A stretch of DNA of 63,755 nt, counting the filler, from an uncultured bacterium (lineage in GTDB: Bacteria > Hinthialibacterota > Hinthialibacteria > Hinthialibacterales > Hinthialibacteraceae): NCBI GenBank assembly GCA_964449065.1. It is 3 parts of 3 records of this genome, joined end to end, with 100 filler letters (N's around TTAATTAATTAA, not from the genome) between each part and the next. Parts side by side here need not be neighbours in the genome. Positions count along the whole stretch, not along the records: positions 21,930 to 43,496 come from CAYVAZ010000045.1; 2 more parts are not named here. The stretch is one strand, 5' to 3'. The stretch's first letter is position 1; each line of letters begins with the position of its first letter. Below are positions 29,555 to 39,633 of the stretch, piece by piece. Position numbers and translations under genes: made by a program. The notes beneath the pieces were generated by a model. That model searched no databases. It was not told where the DNA came from and saw nothing but the letters and a program-made list of their open reading frames with translations.

Positions 29555-30434
29555 CGACGGGGTTGGAGTAGATGTGACGGAGCCCCCGGACGAAGGCTGC
29601 CATTTCCGCCATGCCGGTTCCGAAGAATACGTTGTGTCGTTCGAGATGGCGGTGTTTTTGACTTTCGCGGCCGCCTACGAGAACTTGGACGTTTTTTTGG
29701 GAAAGCGTTTTTGTGAGTGTTTCGATTTGTTTGGTTAAATGGCGGGGGCGTTCTTGGGAGGTAAAGCTAATCCATACGATAGAGGGATGGTATTGATCCA
29801 CCGCTCGCAGAAAGGAATCAACCGGTGTATTGGGGCCTAAATTAATGCTTTGGTATCCTTCCGACATCATGACGGTAGAAATACAAAGTGAGGGGATAAA
29901 GTAAGGATCGCCTTCGGGAGCCCCTCCCAACGCGATGGGTAAGTCATGGCGCGGTTGAAAGATCATCCGAAGCGCGTTGACCGCTTGAATGCAGATGTCC
30001 GTGGCGTGATGTTCCAAGCAAATGCCGATTTGTTCTTGTTTCCAATGTTCGCCGATGCGGTTCATGCTGCCGGAGACAACGGTGTCGCAAATTTCGGAGA
30101 TGGAAAATCCTTGCAGGTATAATTTAACCAAATAGCCGCGGGCTTTTTGGGCGTCGCCATTTATCAAAAACTGATAAAACTTATCCGTATCGATTGTGGG
30201 TGGGCCGGGGTCTTCTTCCAGCGCGTTGGCATCGGGAAAGCCCAGCAAATCCGCCCGCAGCACGGTTTCTTGATGTTGCCGGATAAAGCGAATGGCTTCT
30301 TCCACGGCAATTTTGCGGTGGCCGCCATCGGTGACTTCGGCGTGGAGTTTGCCTTTGTCTACCCAGCGCTTGATGGTGGATTCGCTCGCCTCGATGACCA
30401 GTGCTAATTCTTTGGGCGACAAAAACGTACTCAA
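29555..30434 (-). CDS. CarH/LitR-like regulator: MerR-type HTH, four-helix cap and B12-binding Rossmann domain (stop codon lost in gap)
   Basis: LSPKELA..SESTIKRW..G.L....T.GGHR HTH; GEHWKQEQIGICLEH fits W-x9-EH; NLGPNTP, VWIS, VLVGG of the B12-binding fold. Confidence 0.85.
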
Positions 30435-30543
30435 CTTTGCTTCCCTTTCCGGTTTCGTTTGGATCAGAGTATCCTGTTTCGAAATACAGGATAATCCTTA
30501 TTCAATTTCAACTATACTCATAAAAAAGTGTTATGCAAGTAAA

Positions 30544-30563
30544 AAGAACGCAATTTCGTTCAT
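30544..30563. promoter_or_regulatory. Putative operator copy 1 (AAGAACG-caattt-CGTTCAT)
   Basis: Palindrome with a 6-bp spacer, just upstream of a minus-strand TTGCAT-16-TATAGT promoter candidate (30538-30511) for the regulator. Confidence 0.65.
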
Positions 30564-30639
30564 TTCACTTGTTATTTAGATAAATTTTGGCTGATTTGTG
30601 TTGACTATTTTTTGGAAATGGGTACATTACCCCTATATA

Positions 30640-30659
30640 ATGAACGTAAATTCATTCAT
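30640..30659. promoter_or_regulatory. Putative operator copy 2 (ATGAACG-taaatt-CATTCAT)
   Basis: Overlaps TATAAT (30636-30641) upstream of the lipid-modification operon. Confidence 0.65.
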
Positions 30660-30703
30660 TTAAAATTATCTGGAAATGTTGAAACGGAAAAGAATATCGT
30701 ATT

Positions 30704-31960
30704 ATGGAAATCGCGATCATTGGTGGGGGAGCCGCCGGGATTACTGCCGCCCACATCTTACAGCGGAAAAACAGGGTCACTATGTTTGAGAGAAACGATT
30801 ATGTCGGCGGGCATACCCACACTATCATTATCGAAGAGGGAGAGGACAGAGGAACAGCGGTCGATACAGGATTTATTGTGATGAACGACCGGACCTACCC
30901 TACCCTTCACCAGTTTCTAGCCCAGCTCAAGGTGCCGTACCGCAATAGTGATATGTCATTTGGTTTTTATTGCGAACGGACCGGCATGCAGTATTCCGGC
31001 AGGGGGATATCGGGGTTGTTCGCAAGGCGGAGGAATCTGTTCAAGAGGTCACATTGGGAAATGATACGGGATATTTTTCGGTTTAACAAAGCGGCGTTGC
31101 AGGACTTGCGCGAGGGCAGGACAGAGGGCGTTCTGTTGGGAGAGTATGTTAAGGCGTTCCGGTTTTCGGACGCATTTCGCGATCAGTATTTGATTCCAAT
31201 GGGGGCGGCGATTTGGTCGACACCGGCGGAGGAGATGTTCGCGTTTCCAGCGGAGACGTTTTTGCGGTTTTTTGAGAATCATGGCTTGTTGACGGTGGCG
31301 GACCGTCCGCAGTGGCAGACGGTTGTGGGGGGCAGCCATTCGTATGTAAAAGCGTTTTTGAATGCCTTTCAGGGAGTTGTTGAAACGAACGCGCAAATAC
31401 GGGCTGTAGAACGTGGAGAGGATGATGTCACAATTCATTTTCACAACCAAGAACCAAAGACGTATGACCGAGTGGTGATCGCCGTTCATGCCGACCAGGT
31501 GCTGCCGCTGTTAGCCAACCCAAGCGATGAAGAACGATCGGTGTTTTCTACGTGGCAATACAATGAAAATCATACCGTCTTGCATACGGATGAGACGGTC
31601 ATGCCGCCCAACAAGCGTGCATGGGCCTCGTGGAACTATACGCGTGAACAAGGGGCCGCGGGGAAACAGCCGCTTTCGGTTACCTATCACATGAACCGCT
31701 TGCAGGGGTTCCACACAACAAATCAATACTTCGTCACTCTGAACCGGAAACAGCAGATCAAGCCGGAATGTATCATTCGGGAAATGCAATACACGCATCC
31801 CCTCTTTACAGAAGAGGCTGTGAAAACGCAACGCAGAATGAAAACGATGTATGGAAAACAGAATACGTATTATTGCGGCAGTTATTTTGGGTATGGATTT
31901 CATGAAGACGCGGTGAAATCCGGCGTGGAGGCAGCCAAGGCGATGGGGATGGATTTATGA
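30704..31960 (+). CDS. FAD-dependent oxidoreductase, COG2907 type (UfaD-like fatty acid desaturase)
   Basis: IAIIGGGAAG, GGHTHT, VDTGFIVMN..TYP, AWASWNY, GYGFHEDA; directly before a DUF1365 gene. Confidence 0.88.
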   Translation: MEIAIIGGGAAGITAAHILQRKNRVTMFERNDYVGGHTHTIIIEEGEDRGTAVDTGFIVMNDRTYPTLHQFLAQLKVPYRNSDMSFGFYCERTGMQYSGRGISGLFARRRNLFKRSHWEMIRDIFRFNKAALQDLREGRTEGVLLGEYVKAFRFSDAFRDQYLIPMGAAIWSTPAEEMFAFPAETFLRFFENHGLLTVADRPQWQTVVGGSHSYVKAFLNAFQGVVETNAQIRAVERGEDDVTIHFHNQEPKTYDRVVIAVHADQVLPLLANPSDEERSVFSTWQYNENHTVLHTDETVMPPNKRAWASWNYTREQGAAGKQPLSVTYHMNRLQGFHTTNQYFVTLNRKQQIKPECIIREMQYTHPLFTEEAVKTQRRMKTMYGKQNTYYCGSYFGYGFHEDAVKSGVEAAKAMGMDL

Positions 31961-33963
31961 AGTCAAGAATTTATACGGGCCATGTGATGCACGCGCGGAT
32001 GGAACCGGTGCAGCATCGGTTTCAATACCCTCTTTATATGTACGCGTTCGACTTGGATGAATTGAACCAACTGGATCGTGACGTTGCGTGGTTCGGTTAC
32101 AACCGCTTTGCCCCGGTGGCGATTCACGACAGGGATTATTTGCATGAGGGCGAAGAACCGATTCGGGAAAAATTGCAGCGCTATCTGGATCAATACAACT
32201 GCGGCAGCGCTATTCACCGGATTGAGTTGGTAACGACCGCGCGGTATTTTCATTATGTGTTCAATCCAGTCAGCTTTTATTATTGCTATAAGCAGGATGG
32301 CGGTATCGCCTGCATTGTGGCGGAAGTGAACAACACCTTTCAGGAACGGCATGTTTATGTTCTGGAGGGGGAAGGTCAACTTCAGGAAAATCAGCTGCGC
32401 CGCTATACCCGGCCCAAGTCGTTTCATGTGTCACCATTCAATGATATGCGGGGCGATTATGATTTTTACTTCGGCAATGTGAATGGAGCATTGGAAGTAC
32501 GCATCAATATTCTTCGAGAGCAGCGTCCGGTGTTTTACACCCGGCTATCGGGCCGCTGCGTTCCACTCACTTCAAGCAATTTATGGAAGACCATTCTTCG
32601 TTATCCCCTAACGGCGTGGTTCAGCATGCCGAGAATTTTAAAGGAAGCCGCTATGTTACACTATCAAAAGCATCTGCCGGTGTATTCGAAGCCGCATCCA
32701 ACCAGTGAGATGACCATTCGGGTTGCCAAACCGAATTTTTTTGAGAATCTCGCGAAAAAAACGTTGGCCGGATTGTTGCAGAATATCGGGCACGGGTCTC
32801 TGCAAATGAAGCTGCCTGATCAGACAACACTTTGGTTCGGCACACAGGATTCTACACCGACCGTCAATATGAAAATCAATGATTACCGTTTCTTTTCAAA
32901 GATCTTAAAGAGCGGGGATATCGGTTTGGGAGAATCGTATGTAGACGGCGATTGGGATACCCAGGATCTGGCCGGATTCATTTCCTTTTTGATCCATAAC
33001 AAGCCATCCATGGAAAAAGCGGCATTGGGCAGCGGGATTTGGGGCCGGAATCGATACAGAATCAAGCATTGGTTCAATAAAAATACGCCATCCGGCAGCC
33101 GCAAGAATATTCATGATCACTATGACATCGGCAATGAATTTTACCGACGGATTCTGGACCCGTCGATGAGTTATTCCTCCGCCTATTTCGAGTCACCGGA
33201 CGATGATTTGGAGACCGCGCAGAAGAACAAGATGCGGAGGTTGATCGAGAAAGCGAGAATTCAAGCGGAAGACCATGTGTTGGAAATCGGCGGCGGGTGG
33301 GGCGGCATGGCGATGGAGATGGCGAAAACGACCGGCTGCCGTGTTACAACCATTACGGTTTCGGAAGAACAATATAAACTTGCCTCCGAACGGATTCAAC
33401 ATGCGGGGTTAGGTAGCCGCATTCATGTTCGTCTGTGTGATTACCGGAACATCCAGGGGCAATACGACAAGATCGTTTCTATCGAGATGATCGAGGCGGT
33501 TGGGCATGAATACCTGGGGACATTTTTTGCGGCCTGCGACCGCGCGTTAAAGCCAAACGGCATCATTGCGCTGCAAGCCATCACCATCCCTGATCAACGG
33601 TATGATGCTTACCGGAAACGCAGTGACTGGATTCAGCAGTATATATTTCCGGGAGCGGTTGTGCCTTCATTGACGGCTCTGTGCGAAGCGATGACAGAGC
33701 GGTCAACTCTTATCGTTGAGCACCTCGAAAACATCGGCGAACATTACGCGAAAACCTTGCGTATTTGGCGTGAACGGTTGAACCACAACCAGCAAGCGAT
33801 AGAGTTGTTGGGAATGGACGAACGCTTTGTGCGCACGTGGAACTATTATTTCGCCTACTGCGAGGCGGCATTTGCCGCGCGGTATTTGAATAATCTGCAA
33901 TTGGTTCTCACCCGTCAAAAGAATCCGTCACTAGAAAACAATGAGGTAACCATGAGGAGCTAG
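31957..33963 (+). CDS. DUF1365 (UfaO-like) fused to a cyclopropane-fatty-acyl synthase/methyltransferase (UfaM-like)
   Basis: N-terminal H.R..P..HRFQY, FNPVSFYYC, EVNNTF.ERH.Y, KSFHVSPF; C-terminal GLGESY, NIHDHYDIGN, LEIGGGWG, SIEMIEAVG, YIFPG, WNYY..YCEA; one open frame. Confidence 0.9.
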   Translation: MKSRIYTGHVMHARMEPVQHRFQYPLYMYAFDLDELNQLDRDVAWFGYNRFAPVAIHDRDYLHEGEEPIREKLQRYLDQYNCGSAIHRIELVTTARYFHYVFNPVSFYYCYKQDGGIACIVAEVNNTFQERHVYVLEGEGQLQENQLRRYTRPKSFHVSPFNDMRGDYDFYFGNVNGALEVRINILREQRPVFYTRLSGRCVPLTSSNLWKTILRYPLTAWFSMPRILKEAAMLHYQKHLPVYSKPHPTSEMTIRVAKPNFFENLAKKTLAGLLQNIGHGSLQMKLPDQTTLWFGTQDSTPTVNMKINDYRFFSKILKSGDIGLGESYVDGDWDTQDLAGFISFLIHNKPSMEKAALGSGIWGRNRYRIKHWFNKNTPSGSRKNIHDHYDIGNEFYRRILDPSMSYSSAYFESPDDDLETAQKNKMRRLIEKARIQAEDHVLEIGGGWGGMAMEMAKTTGCRVTTITVSEEQYKLASERIQHAGLGSRIHVRLCDYRNIQGQYDKIVSIEMIEAVGHEYLGTFFAACDRALKPNGIIALQAITIPDQRYDAYRKRSDWIQQYIFPGAVVPSLTALCEAMTERSTLIVEHLENIGEHYAKTLRIWRERLNHNQQAIELLGMDERFVRTWNYYFAYCEAAFAARYLNNLQLVLTRQKNPSLENNEVTMRS

Positions 33964-33965
33964 GT

Positions 33966-34904
33966 ATGCAAGATTCTGCGTATGAGGTGAATTGGAAACG
34001 GTTGGAACTTCTTCACCATTCCGGTTTTATTGGTATTCATTTAGCGTGTATTTTGGTGTTTTGGGCCGGGTTTAGTTGGACGGCGTTTGCCATTTGTTTG
34101 TTTTCGTATTTCTTTCGCATGTTTATGATCACGGCGGGGTTTCACCGTTATTTTTCACACCGTTCGTTCCGCACCAGCCGCTGGTTTCAATTTGTGATGG
34201 CGTTTTTCGGAACGACCGCGGGGCAAAAAGGGCCGTTGTGGTGGGCCGCCAATCACCGGCATCATCACCGTTTTTCCGACCAGCATCCGGACTATCATTC
34301 ACCGGGGCTGAAGGGATTTTTGTGGTCGCACTTCGCGTGGATTATGACCCCGGAACAGCGGCAAACGAATTACAAACGGATCTCGGATTTCGCCAAATAC
34401 CCGGAGCTAAAAATCTTAAATACATATTATTACTATCCACCCGTCATCTATGCCGTGGGGATGTTTGGGTTGGGAGAATTGCTGCGTATTTTTGCCCCTT
34501 TCCTAGGGACCAGTGGTTTTCAGGTATTGGTATGGGGGTTTTTTATCAGCACGGTGCTGTTGTATCACGGCACGTTTTGCGTCAATTCCGTTTGCCATAT
34601 TTTTGGCCGGCAGCGCTTTGAAAGCAAGGATGAAAGCAAAAACAACTGGCTTGTCGCGCTGTTCACGCTTGGTGAAGGATGGCACAACAACCACCACCGT
34701 TACAGTTCATCCGTGAATCAAGGCCTTTACTGGTGGGAAATTGATGTCAGCCACTACATTTTGGTTGGGCTTTCCTGGTTTGGTATTGTTTGGGGATTGC
34801 GCGGCACACCGGATTATATTTATGAGGAAGCGAAGAAAACGGCTTCCGTGATGGATATTCATTTGAAACCGAAACCAGAACCCGCCAAATCGGGTTCAAG
34901 TTAG
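33966..34904 (+). CDS. Membrane acyl-CoA (delta-9-type) fatty acid desaturase
   Basis: His boxes HRYFSH, HRHHH, GEGWHNNHH. Confidence 0.92.
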   Translation: MQDSAYEVNWKRLELLHHSGFIGIHLACILVFWAGFSWTAFAICLFSYFFRMFMITAGFHRYFSHRSFRTSRWFQFVMAFFGTTAGQKGPLWWAANHRHHHRFSDQHPDYHSPGLKGFLWSHFAWIMTPEQRQTNYKRISDFAKYPELKILNTYYYYPPVIYAVGMFGLGELLRIFAPFLGTSGFQVLVWGFFISTVLLYHGTFCVNSVCHIFGRQRFESKDESKNNWLVALFTLGEGWHNNHHRYSSSVNQGLYWWEIDVSHYILVGLSWFGIVWGLRGTPDYIYEEAKKTASVMDIHLKPKPEPAKSGSS

Positions 34905-34913
34905 GATTGTTTC

Positions 34914-36284
34914 ATGCCTATGGCTGACAAAGTACCGGTTTATTACTACGTCACAAACACGTTGCCAGCGATACTTTTGTCCGTCATGGGAATGACCTAT
35001 TACGTTTATATTCCGAAGATGTACGCGGATGAAGCGGTGATCAACCTGACGGTATTGGGTGTGGTGATCCTGTTGTCCCGTGTATGGGACGCGGTGATTG
35101 ACCCTGTTATCGGCTCTCTTTCCGACCATACCCATTCCCGCTGGGGACGGCGCAAGCCTTGGATGGCAGTCGGCTCTATTCTGCTGTGCATTGTGTTTTA
35201 TCTGCTGCTGAATCCACCCGAATCCATATCCCCGATGCAACGAACGATGTGGTTTGCCGTTGGTTCGTTCTTTTTCTTTGTATGTTGGACAGCGGTTACC
35301 GTGCCGTATGAAGCGTTGGGGGTGGAACTTACCTTTGACTACGATCAGCGAACGCGGCTGCTGGGCATTCGGGAAAGCGGGATCTTGATCGGCACATTTT
35401 TGGCTTCGCTGATTCCATTTGTCATGCAGGATGTTTATGGAGAAGATGTGAAGTTATCGGCTCTCCTGGCGTTTCTTTCCATTTGGTATTGTTTGGCGTT
35501 ATTGATCAGCAGCGGACTCGCGGTATGGACATTGCAACCGCACGATCTTGTGAGTGAAACGGCGCAATCCAAACACAAAAAGCCGGATTGGCGTGTGCTG
35601 GCACAGAACAAGCCGTTTCGGCTGCTGTTGATTGCCTTCGCGTTCACTTCGTTCGGGCAATATCTATCGGCTTCGCTGATTTTGTTTTATACCGAACATG
35701 TGCTGGGCAGTTCGAATGGTTCGCAATTTTTGGCCTTGTACATCGCCATTGCGTTTTTCAGTATCCCGTTTTGGCTGTATTTGGCCCGGTTTACCGAAAA
35801 GCGGGTCGTGTGGATTGTTTCGATGATCTCAACCCTGATTCCATTTCTGTTTGTATTGCCATTGGGGGAGGGCGATGGATTCAGGTATGGCATTTTGATT
35901 ACGCTTTCGGCGCTGTGTTCGGGCGGGATGTTGACGCTGCCGGTATCGATGCAGGCGGATGTGATTGATTTGGATGAGTACGAGACCGGCAAACGCCGGG
36001 AGGGATTATATATTGGGGTTTGGGCGCTGTTCCGGAAACTGTCGGCAGCGGTCGGTACCGGGTTGGCGTTTCCGGTTTTGGATTGGTATGGGTATACCTC
36101 ATCAGGCGAGCAGCCGGAATCCGCATTGCACGCGCTGCGTTTTCTGTACGCGGGAGCGCCCAGTATTTGCTATATGATCGCGTGCGGTTTTATTTGGTTT
36201 TATCCTGTCAACCGCGCGTATCATCAACAGATTCGCCATGAAATTGACAACCGGTTCGTGGAACCGAAGGCGGTATTGCCATGA
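34914..36284 (+). CDS. MFS transporter, GPH/MelB (MFS_2) family
   Basis: WDAVIDPVIGSLSD..SRWGRRKPW, ADVID.DE..TG.RREG; about 12 TM helices. Confidence 0.9.
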   Translation: MPMADKVPVYYYVTNTLPAILLSVMGMTYYVYIPKMYADEAVINLTVLGVVILLSRVWDAVIDPVIGSLSDHTHSRWGRRKPWMAVGSILLCIVFYLLLNPPESISPMQRTMWFAVGSFFFFVCWTAVTVPYEALGVELTFDYDQRTRLLGIRESGILIGTFLASLIPFVMQDVYGEDVKLSALLAFLSIWYCLALLISSGLAVWTLQPHDLVSETAQSKHKKPDWRVLAQNKPFRLLLIAFAFTSFGQYLSASLILFYTEHVLGSSNGSQFLALYIAIAFFSIPFWLYLARFTEKRVVWIVSMISTLIPFLFVLPLGEGDGFRYGILITLSALCSGGMLTLPVSMQADVIDLDEYETGKRREGLYIGVWALFRKLSAAVGTGLAFPVLDWYGYTSSGEQPESALHALRFLYAGAPSICYMIACGFIWFYPVNRAYHQQIRHEIDNRFVEPKAVLP

Positions 36285-37075
36285 GTATTTGGATGCAGAT
36301 TGGAATCGGCTGGCTTTTGTGCGCTTTGGTCATGGTTGGACTGTACCTGATCCAGCTGAAGAAACAGGACGCCACGATTGTGGATGTGGGATGGAGTTTG
36401 TTGATTGGCTTATTGGCGATCTTTTATGCGGCTGTGAAACCGATTGATTCCATCCAGCAATGGGCTGTGTTATTGATTGTTGTAGTATGGAGCTTTCGCC
36501 TGACGTTTTATCTTTGGGTAAACCGGGTGCTTGGTGACAAACCGGAAGACGGGCGGTATCAATCCCTACGCAACCATTATGGCAGCAAGGCTCAAATATT
36601 CTTTATCATCTTTTTCCAAGCACAAGCGTTGGTTGCGGTGCTCTTTTCGATACCGGTACTGATCGCGATGCAGAACGCTCCAAATGGAATCACGATTACC
36701 GGTATTATCGGCTTATTGTTCGGGATTGGTTCGATCCTGGGCGAGGCGGTCTCGGATAAGCAATTGGCGTACTTCAAGTCATTGCCGGAGAGCAAGGGGA
36801 AAACCTGCCGCATCGGGTTGTGGAAGTATTCCCGGCACCCCAATTATTTTTTTGAATGGCTGCATTGGTTTGCGTATATCTTTTTCGCGTATCCCGGGCC
36901 GTATTGGTGGCTGACCATCGCTGGTCCGGTGATTATGCTGCTGTTTTTGTTTCGCTTCACCGGCATTCCTTACACGGAAAAACAAGCCATCGCCAGCCGG
37001 GGGGATGATTATAGACGATATCAACAAACCACCAGCGTGTTTATCCCTTGGTTTCCAAAAGAGGAAGAGTTATGA
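36281..37075 (+). CDS. DUF1295 / steroid 5-alpha-reductase-like membrane protein
   Basis: [36 protein letters not shown]. Confidence 0.88.
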   Translation: MSIWMQIGIGWLLCALVMVGLYLIQLKKQDATIVDVGWSLLIGLLAIFYAAVKPIDSIQQWAVLLIVVVWSFRLTFYLWVNRVLGDKPEDGRYQSLRNHYGSKAQIFFIIFFQAQALVAVLFSIPVLIAMQNAPNGITITGIIGLLFGIGSILGEAVSDKQLAYFKSLPESKGKTCRIGLWKYSRHPNYFFEWLHWFAYIFFAYPGPYWWLTIAGPVIMLLFLFRFTGIPYTEKQAIASRGDDYRRYQQTTSVFIPWFPKEEEL

Positions 37076-38103
37076 GAAACGCGATCGGTTTGGCGGAACA
37101 CGGATGGGTGCCCGACAGTTGGATACGCTTTGGCATTCGCAGGCTGGTCAACGAGCGCTTGCGGGATAACGCCAACGGCAGTTTGGAAGCCAATCAAGCA
37201 AAGAAAAGCCGCTTTGTCAAAGAACTGCGTGATTCGCCCTTGGCGGTGGAAACCGGCAAAGCGAACGAGCAGCATTATGAAGTACCGGCCGAATTTTTTG
37301 ATTTGGTGTTGGGCAGGCATAAAAAGTACAGCGCTTGTTTTTACCGAAGCGGCACCGCCACCCTAGATGACGCCGAGGCGGATATGCTGAACCTGTACTG
37401 TGAACGCGGGCAGTTCGCGGACGGCATGGATATCTTGGAGCTGGGCTGCGGGTGGGGATCGCTGACACTGTGGCTGGCGGAGAAATATCCCAACAGCCGG
37501 ATCGCGGCGATATCCAACTCGAATTCGCAGCGGGAATATATTGAAGAAAAATGCCGGCAACGGAATTTCACCAATGTCAGGATCATCACGAAAGACATCA
37601 ACGTGTTTGAGATTGAAGACCGCTTCGACCGGGTGGTCTCCATTGAGATGTTCGAGCATTTGCGCAACTACAAGTTATTGCTGCATAAGATATCGCAATG
37701 GCTGAAACCGGACGGCAAATTGTTTGTGCACATTTTCACCCAGCGCTATATGCCCTATTTGTTTGAGATTCGCGGTGACAAAGACTGGATGAGCCGCTAT
37801 TTCTTTACCGGCGGGATGATGCCTTCGGATGATTTGCTGCTGTACTTTCAAGACGATTTGGTGTTGGAAAACCATTGGGTATTGGAAGGCTCCCACTATA
37901 AAAAAACCGCCAATCATTGGCTGAAGAATTTGGACGCGCGGAAAGAGAAGGTTCTGCCCATTTTGCGCGATGTTTACGGCAAAGGGAACGAGGTAATTTG
38001 GTTCAACCGCTGGCGGATTTTTTTTATGGCTTGTGCCGAGATGTTCGGCTATCATGAAGGGAAAGAATGGCTGGTTTCTCATTATCTGTTTAAGAAAAGG
38101 TAG
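37072..38103 (+). CDS. SAM-dependent methyltransferase, CFA/CMAS family (second clade)
   Basis: [41 protein letters not shown] overlap with the previous gene. Confidence 0.9.
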   Translation: MRNAIGLAEHGWVPDSWIRFGIRRLVNERLRDNANGSLEANQAKKSRFVKELRDSPLAVETGKANEQHYEVPAEFFDLVLGRHKKYSACFYRSGTATLDDAEADMLNLYCERGQFADGMDILELGCGWGSLTLWLAEKYPNSRIAAISNSNSQREYIEEKCRQRNFTNVRIITKDINVFEIEDRFDRVVSIEMFEHLRNYKLLLHKISQWLKPDGKLFVHIFTQRYMPYLFEIRGDKDWMSRYFFTGGMMPSDDLLLYFQDDLVLENHWVLEGSHYKKTANHWLKNLDARKEKVLPILRDVYGKGNEVIWFNRWRIFFMACAEMFGYHEGKEWLVSHYLFKKR

Positions 38104-38178
38104 AGCAGGCATTGCAGGCAACCACGGGGGCTGCTCCTGCGTGGATTGCAATTTTGGAATGTAACGTTTGGATATATT

Positions 38179-39633
38179 ATGGCATCATTATCAGATACAA
38201 ATGAATTGATTGCACTTACAGGGGCATCCGGTTACATCGGCAGCCGGATGCTGGATAGGCTGCGGGAGAAAGGATTTCGGATCCGTTGCTTGTCGCGCAA
38301 TCCCCAACATCTTCAACACCGGATCGATGAGAACATAGAGGCGGCGCATGGTGACGCGCAGGATTACGAATCGTTAACCAAAGCCTTGAAGGGTGTGCAT
38401 ACCGCTTTTTACTTCATCCATTCAATGGCGGCTGAAGGCGATTTTGAGAAACTCGACCGCATTGCCGCCGAAAATTTCAGCAAAGCGGCCAACGAGTGCG
38501 GCGTGGCGCGGATCATTTACCTGGGCGGGATTATCAACAAGGAAGAAGCCCTGTCTTCTCACCTCAAAAGCCGGTTGGAGGTGGGAGACATCCTGCGGAA
38601 TTCCGGCGTGCAAACGATTGAAATGCGCGCCTCAATTGTGATCGGTTCGGGCAGTATTTCGTTTGAGATGGTAAGGTCATTGGTTGAACGCCTGCCGGTG
38701 ATGATTACTCCGCGCTGGGTATCGGTAAAGGCGCAGCCGATTGCGGTAAACGATTTGTTGGAATATTTGTGCGCATCGATCGATTTGCCGGGTGCGGACA
38801 ACAAGATCATCGAAGTGGGCGGCAACGATGTGGTCTCGTATGAAGGCATTATGCAGGAATATGCCCGCCAGCGCGGCTTGCGGCGGTATATGATCAAAGT
38901 TCCGGTTTTAACACCGCATCTATCCAGTTTGTGGCTGGGTTTGGTGACGCCGTTGTATGTCCGGGTCGGGAAGCATTTGATCGGCAGTATTCGCAACCCC
39001 ACGGTAGTACAGGAGAACTCGGCGAAAACGTTGTTTTCGATCCATCCGATGGGGATAGAAGAGGCGATCGCCGCTGCCTTGCGTAATGAAGACCACGAAT
39101 ACGCGCAATCCCGGTGGTCGGATTCATTATCCGCCAGCGGGGTGGTGAAAGAGAATCGGGTGAAAAAATACGGTTCGCGTGTTTTTGACAAGCGTGAGAT
39201 CTTCGTTTCGGTTTGTCCCGAACGGGCGTTTTATCCGGTCCGTACCATAGGCGGCAATAATGGGTGGTATTATGCCAATTTTTTATGGAAAATTCGCGGG
39301 TATTTGGATTTGATTTTCGGCGGCATCGGCATGAGAAGAGGACGGCGAGATCCGGAACACTTGCATACCGGCGATACACTGGATTGGTGGCGGGTGGAGA
39401 CTTGCGAGCCGGATAATCTCTTGCGCTTGAAAGCCGAGATGAAGGTTCCCGGACGGGCGTGGCTGCAATTTGAGGTTGAACCGAAAGACGGCGGCAGTTT
39501 GATTCATCAAACCGCGATCTTCGATCCGTTGGGCCTGTGGGGGCTTTTGTATTGGTACTCTTTGCTTCCGCTGCATGTGATCATCTTTCATGGAATGTTG
39601 AAGCGTATTGCGAGGAAAGCGGAAGCGAGATAG
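38179..39633 (+). CDS. NAD(P)-binding SDR with C-terminal DUF2867 (YbjT-like)
   Basis: TGASGYIG, SHLKSR, IGSGSISFE, IGG.NGW, LKAEMKVPGRAWL, GLLYWY. Confidence 0.88.
   Translation: MASLSDTNELIALTGASGYIGSRMLDRLREKGFRIRCLSRNPQHLQHRIDENIEAAHGDAQDYESLTKALKGVHTAFYFIHSMAAEGDFEKLDRIAAENFSKAANECGVARIIYLGGIINKEEALSSHLKSRLEVGDILRNSGVQTIEMRASIVIGSGSISFEMVRSLVERLPVMITPRWVSVKAQPIAVNDLLEYLCASIDLPGADNKIIEVGGNDVVSYEGIMQEYARQRGLRRYMIKVPVLTPHLSSLWLGLVTPLYVRVGKHLIGSIRNPTVVQENSAKTLFSIHPMGIEEAIAAALRNEDHEYAQSRWSDSLSASGVVKENRVKKYGSRVFDKREIFVSVCPERAFYPVRTIGGNNGWYYANFLWKIRGYLDLIFGGIGMRRGRRDPEHLHTGDTLDWWRVETCEPDNLLRLKAEMKVPGRAWLQFEVEPKDGGSLIHQTAIFDPLGLWGLLYWYSLLPLHVIIFHGMLKRIARKAEAR

Noticed and set aside
27495..30434. 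979-aa apparent fusion of a B12 regulator and an ABC-F ATPase
   Set aside because: The frame reads through a 100-N gap; the ABC-F gene has its own ATG at 29441. These are two genes.
30544..30563. Operator as a canonical Gram-positive SOS (LexA) box
   Set aside because: Spacing is GAAC-N8-GTTC rather than N4, and the associated genes are not DNA-repair genes.
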